Assembly: GCA_900767955.1 (NCBI GenBank)
Contig: CAAGBC010000049.1
Span: forward strand, 14,992-78,991
Direction of reading: 5' to 3'
Source of the DNA: Spirochaetia bacterium
GTDB taxonomy: Bacteria; Spirochaetota; Spirochaetia; Treponematales; Treponemataceae
DNA length: 64,000 nucleotides
This document shows positions 1 through 8,600 of this stretch, in pieces. Each line of letters begins with the position of its first letter. Position 1 is the first letter of the stretch. The translations under genes and the position numbers were made by a program. The notes beneath the pieces are model-generated. The model saw only the letters and a list, made by a program, of their open reading frames with translations. It made no database searches and was not told the DNA's origin.

Positions 1-116
1 GGTAATTCTTGTTAGACAGCTTTTTTTTTACATAAAACGCTTATTGAAAAAAAATTGATGTTATGATAAGTTAAAAACGTAAAAAAACTTGACAAAGGAA
101 TTTTTGACCTTTATGC

Positions 117-154
<38 letters not shown>

Positions 155-204
155 TAATAGTAGAATTATTTCTTTTTTTGAAAAATTTAAATATATAAAC
201 AATA

Positions 205-254
205 GGCGTTGTGAAATTTGCAAAAAATATTGCAAGTTGTACAACGCCTTTTTT
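205..254 (+). terminator. Hairpin plus T-tract, putative intrinsic terminator or attenuator
   Basis: ggcgttgt (205-212) pairs with acaacgcc (241-248), with a partial inner stem, followed by tttttt (249-254). Confidence 0.45.
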
Positions 255-372
255 GTTGCTTTGGCTACGTTTGTCAATTGAATGAGTAGGCGATAGTCGA
301 TATAACAATGGATTTAGTTTTTCTTAATCAAACTAAAAATAAACAATGATTTTAAAACGAGGAGGAAAAATC

Positions 373-2931
373 ATGAAAAAACTAAAATGTCTTGCCGCGT
401 TTATAATTGTGGCAACATTATTTGGTGGAGTCTTGGGATGTAAACAAGAACCAGAAATCAAGTATGTTGAAGTAGAAAAGCAACCAGATGGCGTTGCTCC
501 TGCTGATGTAACAAATTTAGTTGTTACAAACAAAGACGCAAGTGTTTTACTAACTTGGACAGACGCCACAGACGAAGACATTTACGGCTACGAAGTAAGT
601 TGGAAAACATCTACTGAAAACAGAGCTGCCGCTGCAATGGAATCAAATTCTATAATGGTAGCCCCAGGTGCAAAAGGTTGTTACATTAGCAACTTAACAA
701 ATGGAACAGAATATGCTTTTACAGTAAAATCTGTTGATACAAGCGGAAACAAAAGTGCAGGTGTTACAAAAACAATTACACCAAGCATTATAGAAAAATC
801 ACCACTTGCAATAACTCTTACAGCAAATACAACATCAAAAACAAATCAAAATGTTGTAATTTCTGTAAATGCAACAACAGACAATGCAAGTGAAGTAAAG
901 AAAATTGCTTACAAAGAAGGCACTTTGGCAGATATAGAAAGTGTACTTGCAGGAACAAATATTACAGAAACAAAACAAATTACAGCAACAGAAAATACTA
1001 CATTTACCGTTGCAGTAACAGACACAGCAGGACGCCGTGAACTTGCTTTTGTTACAGTGAATAATATTGATAAAACAGCTCCATCACAAGTTGCAAATGT
1101 CATTCCAATTTATTCAAGAAATAATAACGCAATTAAATTGTCTTGGACAAATCCAGCAGACGAAGATTTTGCAGGAACAGAAATTGTTTATGGCAAAACA
1201 GATAGCGAAGAAACAATAACACTAACTTTTGATAAAAATACAACATCAGCAACAATAAAAAACATTGCTGACGATGATAGTGAATACACAATTGCAATTA
1301 AAACAAAAGATGACCTTGGAAACCTTAGCGAAGCAAAAACAGTTACAGTAGTTGCAGCCACAGGTGCAAAAATTACAAGTGTAAATCTTGATAGAACTCA
1401 CTTAGATTCTATTATGGCAAACCGCAATATTAGCGTAACAATTACCGGAAGTAATTTTGACCTTTTATCAAGTCTTTTGGTACAAGTAACAGATGGCTCA
1501 AAAGCAGAAACCCCAGTAACAGCAACAATCAATAAAGAAACAAATACAGCAACAGCAACAGTTATAGCCCCTGTGCCAGCAAGTCCTACAAACAATGGAA
1601 CAACCTACACTGTAAAAGTAATTGTAGATAGCACAACACCAGCAGAAACAACAGCAGAGTTTGTTGTAAGTTTACCAGCTGATGTAAGATATATTACTTT
1701 AGCACAAACACAAATACCAGTAGGAACAGAAGATAATGTAACAGCTACAATAAAAGGATACAACTTTGATATTCGTGGTGTAACAAAAGTAAAATTACTA
1801 GATTCAAATGGAGATGAAGTAATAGAAAGTACAGTTGAAGTTCCTCTTGAAACAAAAACAAGTGAAACAGAATTTACAGTAGATATTCCTTTACCAACAA
1901 CAGAAGGTGTTTATACAGTTGCAGTATTCTTTGATGATGTAAAAGATACAACTACAACAACACTACAAGTTTACGGAACTCCTATTATTTCTGAAGTTAC
2001 AATTCCTGTTGCAGGAACAAGTTATGGAGGAAATGTATTACCAGTAACAATTAATGGTAAAAATTTTACAGCCCCAGGTGTTACAGCAAGTGGATTTACA
2101 AGCACAGGAGCAACTTTAACTAATGTAACAATTGTAAGTGATACAAAAGTAACAGCAGAAGTAGCTTGCCCTTATGCAGCAGGAACAACAAATGTAACAG
2201 TAAGTTATGGAGATTCTAATACAACAACAACATTAAAAGTAATAGAATCAGTAGCTTCATCTTATGCAGTAGGAGATATTATCTTAACAAATGGCTCAAA
2301 AGTGTCTGTAAATGATGTTGAAACTTATTCACCTGATAACGCAAATAAACCAATAGGTGTAGTTGCAATGATTACTGATGTTTACGGAGTTCCAAACCCA
2401 AAAGTAATAGGCTTACAAAAGTCTGCAAGTGAATTAATGTGGGCACCAGATGATACAACAGGATATAACACAAAGTTTACTAACATAGTTTGTACACCAA
2501 GCAAAAATGGTACAGGTGCAGCATTAACAGCAACTTTTACAGGCGACACAGATGGAAGTGATAATTGGGAAGAAATTTGTGCTGTAGACCCAGAAGGAAC
2601 AGCTGATGCAGCAACAAATTACCCAGCTTTTAATTTTGCAAATACTTATGGAACAACAGCAGGATTAACAGGCACAGATTATGAAAACGGTTGGTATGTA
2701 CCAAGTCTTGCAGAATTATGTGAAGTATACAAAAACAAAGAAGTAATACAAATATCATTAACAAAAGCGAATGGATTTAAAATTGGCACAAGTGCTTACT
2801 GGAGCAGTTCCCAGTTCGCTTCCTACAATGGTGACGCGTACCGAGTGAGTTTCAACGCCGGCTACGTGAGCGGCTTCAGCAAGTACTACAATGTTAATGT
2901 GTTTGTTCTGCAGGCTTTAACAGCAGAGTAA
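373..2931 (+). CDS. tvpA: DGR target: surface lipoprotein (TvpA-like) with tandem Ig/FN3-like repeats and a C-terminal CLec/FGE-type variable domain
   Basis: RBS ggagga 361-366, then ATG at 373 (the ORF track begins 346). Signal peptide MKKLKCLAAFIIVATLFGGVLGC has a lipobox. Thr/Val-rich repeated modules follow. The C-terminal ~40 codons form the VR matched by the TR at 4107-4228. The layout matches the T. denticola TvpA DGR target. Confidence 0.8.
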   Translation: MKKLKCLAAFIIVATLFGGVLGCKQEPEIKYVEVEKQPDGVAPADVTNLVVTNKDASVLLTWTDATDEDIYGYEVSWKTSTENRAAAAMESNSIMVAPGAKGCYISNLTNGTEYAFTVKSVDTSGNKSAGVTKTITPSIIEKSPLAITLTANTTSKTNQNVVISVNATTDNASEVKKIAYKEGTLADIESVLAGTNITETKQITATENTTFTVAVTDTAGRRELAFVTVNNIDKTAPSQVANVIPIYSRNNNAIKLSWTNPADEDFAGTEIVYGKTDSEETITLTFDKNTTSATIKNIADDDSEYTIAIKTKDDLGNLSEAKTVTVVAATGAKITSVNLDRTHLDSIMANRNISVTITGSNFDLLSSLLVQVTDGSKAETPVTATINKETNTATATVIAPVPASPTNNGTTYTVKVIVDSTTPAETTAEFVVSLPADVRYITLAQTQIPVGTEDNVTATIKGYNFDIRGVTKVKLLDSNGDEVIESTVEVPLETKTSETEFTVDIPLPTTEGVYTVAVFFDDVKDTTTTTLQVYGTPIISEVTIPVAGTSYGGNVLPVTINGKNFTAPGVTASGFTSTGATLTNVTIVSDTKVTAEVACPYAAGTTNVTVSYGDSNTTTTLKVIESVASSYAVGDIILTNGSKVSVNDVETYSPDNANKPIGVVAMITDVYGVPNPKVIGLQKSASELMWAPDDTTGYNTKFTNIVCTPSKNGTGAALTATFTGDTDGSDNWEEICAVDPEGTADAATNYPAFNFANTYGTTAGLTGTDYENGWYVPSLAELCEVYKNKEVIQISLTKANGFKIGTSAYWSSSQFASYNGDAYRVSFNAGYVSGFSKYYNVNVFVLQALTAE
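2801..2922 (+). repeat. DGR variable region (VR) within the 3' end of the target gene
   Basis: About 122 bp aligns base-for-base with TR 4107-4228. Roughly 23 of 25 differences fall at TR adenines (A to G, T or C), plus 2 non-A differences. The 3' end gtgtttgttctgcagg is identical in both. Confidence 0.85.
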
Positions 2932-2967
2932 GCGTAGCTTAGTCTGCATTAACTATTAAACTATTTG

Positions 2968-3031
2968 TTCATAAAGTAGCGTACGCTACTTTATGAACTC
3001 GGTGGCGTACGCCACCGAAAAAATTTTTTTT
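2968..3031 (+). promoter_or_regulatory. Two tandem perfect hairpins downstream of VR, then A/T tract: candidate DGR target-recognition hairpin/cruciform and transcription stop
   Basis: ttcataaagtagcg/cgctactttatgaa (2968-2997) and ggtggcg/cgccacc (3001-3016) are perfect palindromes sharing the core gcgtacgc. gaaaaaa and T8 follow (3017-3031). Confidence 0.6.
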
Positions 3032-3045
3032 ATGAAAAGAGGATT

Positions 3046-3552
3046 ATGGGTATGAGTAATATTATTGAATTTGAAGATATTGTATCAAAACCTGTAGGTG
3101 TAACTTATGAAAGAGTTCAAACTCTTGGTATATATTGTTTTCAAGCAGAAAAAAAAGAAAGAAATGCTGCATATTTTTTGCCAAGATTATCTTGGAATAA
3201 AAATATTGATTATCTAAAATCAATTTATTCTGATATAGAAAACGAATCAAATTTACAAGGCAAAGGAATTTACACATCTGTTTGGAATATAGAAAAACAT
3301 TATGATAATATTTCATTAAAAAATGCAGATAAACGACTAGAACATGATATGCATACACTAAGTGCTTTTAAGGCATGGGTAAAAGCAGATTCAAATTTAA
3401 GTGAAGATACCGAACTTCAAATATATGTCTTAGCTAGCGAAAGAGTTTTTCCAAAGTATAAATTTACAGAGTTACAAAATACATCTGCTACAATTTATTA
3501 TAATTGGGATGAAATCTTAGAAAAAACACAAATAGAAAGTAAAGGCAACTAA
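3046..3552 (+). CDS. Hypothetical protein (168 aa) encoded between the DGR target and avd; possible extra DGR accessory gene
   Basis: ORF with RBS aaaagagga upstream. No motif recognised. Its stop overlaps the start of the avd-like ORF. Confidence 0.5.
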   Translation: MGMSNIIEFEDIVSKPVGVTYERVQTLGIYCFQAEKKERNAAYFLPRLSWNKNIDYLKSIYSDIENESNLQGKGIYTSVWNIEKHYDNISLKNADKRLEHDMHTLSAFKAWVKADSNLSEDTELQIYVLASERVFPKYKFTELQNTSATIYYNWDEILEKTQIESKGN

Positions 3553-3553
3553 T

Positions 3554-3928
3554 TTGTCCCTTTACTACGATTTACCAGTATTCAAAGATGTCTACAAAAT
3601 GACACTACGCATATTTGAACTTACATCAAATTTTAGTCGTGAATATAAATTTACCTTAGGTCAAGATTTAAAAAGAGATTGTATTTTACTTGTGCGTAGT
3701 ATTTACAGAGCAAATAAATGCAAAGATAAGGTTTTGTATCTTGAACAATTTTTAGACAGCTTTGAAGTTGTAAAATTAGAAATACGGTTATGTAAAGATT
3801 TAAAATTAATTTCTGTAAAACAACAAGCAGAACTTGTTTTACTTACAGAAAATATAGGAAAACAAATTACTGGGTGGCGTAATGCCCAAGATAAAATTGT
3901 GAATAATCGGGCAATGCCTGATAAATAA
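3554..3928 (+). CDS. avd: Avd-like accessory variability determinant (small basic helical protein)
   Basis: 124 aa, Lys/Arg-rich with predicted helical character. Position between target gene and TR matches canonical DGR order. Start is TTG at 3554 or ATG at 3599. Confidence 0.6.
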   Translation: MSLYYDLPVFKDVYKMTLRIFELTSNFSREYKFTLGQDLKRDCILLVRSIYRANKCKDKVLYLEQFLDSFEVVKLEIRLCKDLKLISVKQQAELVLLTENIGKQITGWRNAQDKIVNNRAMPDK

Positions 3929-3947
3929 ATGCCAGAATTTATATTGC
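3907..3947 (+). repeat. 41-bp direct repeat copy 1 (tcgggcaatgcctgataaataaatgccagaatttatattgc), overlapping the avd stop
   Basis: Exact 41/41 match to 5431-5471. Encodes the C-terminal residues of Avd in one frame. Confidence 0.9.
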
Positions 3948-4106
3948 TACGGTGATATAAAGAGAGCGTGCTTTTGTGTAAAAGCGGCAAAGTCTCCTGC
4001 ATCAAAAATAAACCTTAAACCAAGGAATAGGCAGAAATTGCTTTTTGTAGGGATATAGTTTTTATAAAGAATTCTCTTTGTAAAGTATAAGATTTTGCGA
4101 AAATTG

Positions 4107-4228
4107 AAAGCAGTTCCCAGAGAGCTTCCAACAATAATAACGCGTACCAAGTGAATTTCAACGACGGCAACGTGAACAACAACAACAAGAACAACAATAA
4201 TAATGTGTTTGTTCTGCAGGATTTTACA
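4107..4228 (+). repeat. DGR template repeat (TR)
   Basis: Non-coding, adenine-rich copy of the VR (runs of aac/aat). All but about 2 mismatches to VR lie at TR adenines. Flanked by inverted repeats at 3970-3985 and 4222-4236. Confidence 0.85.
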
Positions 4229-4238
4229 CAAAGCTTTT

Positions 4239-4274
4239 GCCACATAAATTGATATTTGTGTGGCGTTTTTTTTT
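4239..4274 (+). terminator. Intrinsic-terminator-like hairpin immediately 3' of TR and 5 nt before the RT start
   Basis: gccacataaat / atttgtgtggc form an 11-bp stem with one G-U pair and loop tgat, followed by T9 (4266-4274). Confidence 0.55.
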
Positions 4275-4279
4275 AGATT

Positions 4280-5446
4280 ATGGATTTAACATTAGAAGAA
4301 GTTTTTGAAGCCTATTATGAATGTCGAAAAACTAAAAGATATTCAAATGGGGCTTTACAATTTGAACTTAATTTAGAAGAAAATTTAATTCAATTATATT
4401 CTCAATTAATAACTCAAGAATGGCAACCTGGAAAATCAACTTGTTTTATAGTAACAAGACCAGTTCGTCGTGAAATTTTTGCAGCTCCATTTAGAGACCG
4501 AATTGTTCATCATATTTTAATTCGCAGACTTAATTCTACATTTGAAAAATATTTTATTTATGATAGTTATGCATGTCGCAAGCAAAAAGGAACTCATGCC
4601 GCAATAAAAAGGGTTGAGCATTTTATAAAAAGTCAATTAAACAATGGAAAATCAAATGTCTATGTCTTAAAACTTGATATAAAAGGTTTTTTTATGAATA
4701 TTGATAAAAATCTTTTATGGCAAAAGTTGGAAAAATTTATAGATATAAATTACAAAACTGATTCAGTAGATTTTGAAAAATATTTATGTAAACAAATCAT
4801 TTTTAACGACCCAACAAAAAATTGTATGATTCGAAGTCCTTTGTATGAATGGAAGGAACTGCCAAAAGATAAAAGTTTGTTTACAACAAAAGAAAATTGC
4901 GGACTTCCAATTGGAAATTTAACAAGCCAAGTTTTTGCAAACTTTTTTCTATCAGAATTTGATCATTTTATAAAACATACGTTAAAAGTAAAATGTTATG
5001 TGCGTTATGTTGATGATTGTGTTATTATTCATAAAAATAAAGATTTTCTAAAATATATTATAAAAAAGGCTAAAAATTTTTTAGAACAAAAATTAAACCT
5101 TACACTTCATCCAAAAAAAATATATTTGCAATTAGCTCAAAATGGAGTAGCGTTTTTGGGAACTTTTATAAAACCAAATTACACAGTTTGTAGTCATCGT
5201 GTAAAAAATAATTTTGTAGAATCTCTTAAGAAATATGCAACTCTTGCAAATAATCATAAATTATCAAAAGAAGAAAAACAAAATTGTCTTTCTAGCGTAA
5301 ATTCTTATCTTGGAATTATGAGTCATTACAAAACATATAATTTTAGAAAAAAACAAATTTTACGTTATTTTGAAAAATGGCTTAAGAAAAGTTATTGTAT
5401 TCCAGAAAATTGCAAAAAAATAATGAATAAATCGGGCAATGCCTGA
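4280..5446 (+). CDS. DGR reverse transcriptase
   Basis: RT motifs present, including the DGR-specific LPIGNLTSQVFANFF (I/LGxxxSQ in place of the group II QGxxxSP) and YVRYVDDCVII (YxDD). Sits directly downstream of the TR. Confidence 0.9.
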   Translation: MDLTLEEVFEAYYECRKTKRYSNGALQFELNLEENLIQLYSQLITQEWQPGKSTCFIVTRPVRREIFAAPFRDRIVHHILIRRLNSTFEKYFIYDSYACRKQKGTHAAIKRVEHFIKSQLNNGKSNVYVLKLDIKGFFMNIDKNLLWQKLEKFIDINYKTDSVDFEKYLCKQIIFNDPTKNCMIRSPLYEWKELPKDKSLFTTKENCGLPIGNLTSQVFANFFLSEFDHFIKHTLKVKCYVRYVDDCVIIHKNKDFLKYIIKKAKNFLEQKLNLTLHPKKIYLQLAQNGVAFLGTFIKPNYTVCSHRVKNNFVESLKKYATLANNHKLSKEEKQNCLSSVNSYLGIMSHYKTYNFRKKQILRYFEKWLKKSYCIPENCKKIMNKSGNA

Positions 5447-5471
5447 TAAATAAATGCCAGAATTTATATTG
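5431..5471 (+). repeat. 41-bp direct repeat copy 2, overlapping the RT stop
   Basis: Exact match to 3907-3947. Encodes the RT C-terminus (KSGNA*) in a different frame from copy 1. Confidence 0.9.
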
Positions 5472-5643
5472 CACATGTCAGGAAATTAAAAAAAATAGTT
5501 ATTCGTTAGAAATTTTTTTTGTTTATGTGTAAACAATTCTGAATTGCACAAAGGATTGTAGCCACTTGTAAAATGGAAAACGCGTTAAGAAAAATTGTGA
5601 TTAGCAATTTTTTAGTGTTTTCTATTTTATGAAGCGCTTTGAC

Positions 5644-5676
5644 GCGGAATGGCGAAAAGCCTGGTTTTTGCGGTAG
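5644..5676 (+). promoter_or_regulatory. Conserved ~30-nt leader motif, copy 1 (gacgcggaatggcgaaaagcctggtttttgcgg)
   Basis: About 27/31 identical to 39205-39234. Both copies lie 50-110 nt upstream of plus-strand genes. Confidence 0.5.
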
Positions 5677-5699
5677 TAAAAATGTGCCCAAATTATTAA

Positions 5700-8600
5700 T
5701 TGATTGTTAAAAATTTTGTTATGATGGCTTTTTATTTTATCTTCAATTGCTTTATAAAAAATATGGTGTATAATAGAAACAATATGGATATCTCTAATAA
5801 ACTTGAAATTGCAAAAAAATTTATTGAAACATCTAAAAAAAATCTTTGCTTTATTGTAGCTGATAGTCTTGTTTCTCAATGTATTGCAGAAGATATGAAG
5901 GATTCTTACCAAATTATTGATTTGGCAGAAGATTTTACACCTTTTAAGCCTTTTTTGAATTTATTATCCAAAGGTAATCTTCCTGAAAAAAATGTTAGAG
6001 AAAAAACTTATTCCATTCAAACTGAATCTTTTGTTTCATTTTTTAAAACTGGAATGGCAGAAGAACGTTATGATATTCCAATTGATAACGAAGAATTATA
6101 TGAAATAAATCAGTATGTAAAATCAATTGTCGTACTTTTTAAAGAACTTCCTGTTAAAAATTATATTTTTACAAATGCACAAAATATTTTCTCTGATTCA
6201 TTTGCTGTAATTAAAGAATTAGAAAATCATGAATTAGCAAGTAAATTTGTTTTTTGTTTTAATGCTGATGTTACAAATCCTTCTGTTGAAGTTTTAGATT
6301 TTTTGGAAAAAAATACAGAATCAGAAAACTTTATGTATCTTCAAGCTCAGTCTACTACTGCAAATACAGCTCTTGCTTTTGAAAATGAAGAATCTGAAAA
6401 TTTATTGAATGTAAGTCAAGAATTTAAAGAAACAATGATGAATAATTTTGATTTTGTATTTTCATTGTTGCGTAATAATCGTTTGTTTATGTCGTTCAAG
6501 CAGTTGAAAATCTTGATAGCGTGGGTTTCTAAGAATTTTCCTAATATGAATTATTCTGTTTATCAAAAGCGAACCTTGCTTCATGAACTTGCAATTGATT
6601 GTTATGTATGTAAATTGGAAGACGAATCAATTCTTCATTTTAATGATATTATTGAAACTCTTCCTGATGATGATTTTGCACTTTCAGCAGCATATTATTT
6701 AGCTAGAATTTTCTATCTAAAAAAATCTGGTGAATTTGCAAAAAAATATGCTCTTCAAGTTTGGCAACAATTAAACGGAAATGAAGAAAATCCTTATTAT
6801 GCACTTTTGTCTATGTTGGAATTTCAGTTTGTAAAACGCTCCGATGCAAATATTGCAAAAGGAAAGTATATAGAAGCGTTGAAGCAGCTTGAAGCTCACG
6901 GATTTGTAAATAATTATATTGCAACAGGTTTGACTATTCCTTGGAATTTGATTAATACTCCAGATTCTAGACCTCTTATTGAAGATACAATTGATAACTG
7001 TATGCGTATGGCAAAAAAATACGGAAATAATCATTTGTATTCTACTGCTTGCCATTGGAAAGGAATTATTGCTTCTCATTACGGTGAACGCGATGTTGCA
7101 ATGAAATGGTATAACGATTGTAATAAAATACGAACAGAAATTGGAGAAATTGGTCCTCTTATGAATATTCGTAATGGCCTTTCTTATGAATCTTTGTGTC
7201 GTGCTTTATATAAAGATGCTTATGATTTAGTAAATGGAGTTATAAGCAATATTTATAATTTAAACGATTATTCCAGAATTGTAGACTGCTTAAAAAATAT
7301 AAGTTATGCACTTTTTTATGCTCGCCACTATGACATTGCTCATGAAATTTTTTCTTTGTTGTTGCATTTTCTTAGACTTTTTAATATGGAAGAGCAGGCT
7401 TATAATTCATTCTTGCCATCAAGAAGTGATATTTTAATATTGAAGACAATTATTGATTTGGATAGAAAAGATGTAATTCATGCAACTATCAATTTCAATC
7501 AAATTGAATCAACAGTAAATTCTGTTACAATGGAAGAAAAACCTTTAATTCCTTTTATTCGTGCAATTTTGTTAGCAAATGATTCTATGTTTGAAGAATC
7601 TGAAAAAGCTGTTGAATTGTGTGTTCAGGAATTTAAGAAAATTAAAAGTAATCAAACCCACAAAATATGTTTCGTTTATTTTGAATATGCAGTTTTATTA
7701 AAAAGATTAAATCAAATGGAACTTTCTCAGAAATATCTTGATTTAGGATATAATCTTGCAAAAGAAAATAATTTTGCATATTACACAAAAAATAAAGATA
7801 GCGTTTCTGTTGAAGATTATTTAAATGGTTATGAAAAATACGATGAATTAAATATTAATTTGGCTTTCCTTTTAGAAAAAGCAGAAAAGGAAAATCTATT
7901 AACTCAACTTCATAAACGAATTCACGATTACCAATTCTTGAATAAAGTAAAAACAAATAACTTAAGATCTTCTAATCTTAAGAAGTATATTGAAAACACT
8001 GTTTTGTATATTTATGAATATTGTTTTGCAGAATCTGTATTTATTGGTGAACTAACAGACGAAGGAGCAGGAACTCTTTATTCTATTAGTCGTGGAAAAT
8101 CTGTAAATATTTCTTCACAAAAGTGGAAGAAGTTGTTCAAAGAATCTACAAATAAAGAAGTTACTCAATTTGTTTATAAAGAAAAGCAACAACTGTTTTT
8201 TGGTAATATGACTCAATTTGAGTATAAGTTTGGAATTGTTATTATTCCTACTGAACAAAATCCATTTACTAACGAAAGTATTAATACTTTGAATATTGCG
8301 CTTTCTACTATTCAATCACAAATTGTTATTTATAAACAAGATGAAAATCTATTGTTCCTTTCTACAACAGATACTCTTTCATTGTTGAATAATAGACATG
8401 CTTTACAGAAACAACTTCTTGTTGAAGGTGATAGAATTCGTCGTTATGCAAAGCGTAAGTCAACAAAAATTCAAGTTTCTATTGCGTTTATGGATTTGGA
8501 CAACTTTAAATATTATAACGATACATTCGGACATAATGCTGGGGACTTGTTTATTACTTGTTTTGCAAAACTTCTTAAAAATACTTGTCGCCAAGTTGAC

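Noticed and set aside
909-1595. Antisense ORFs (909-1103, 1398-1595) and the 333-581 minus-strand ORF inside or at the start of the tvpA-like gene
   Set aside because: They lie opposite a strongly supported long CDS. Their composition mirrors the Thr/Val-rich sense strand, making them typical spurious frames.
3062-4245. Minus-strand ORFs 3062-3358, 3703-4005, 3947-4243 and 4015-4245
   Set aside because: They overlap the plus-strand DGR accessory ORFs and the TR. The TR region is non-coding by DGR logic, and these frames are Leu/Val-rich reverse-complement artefacts of the A-rich TR.
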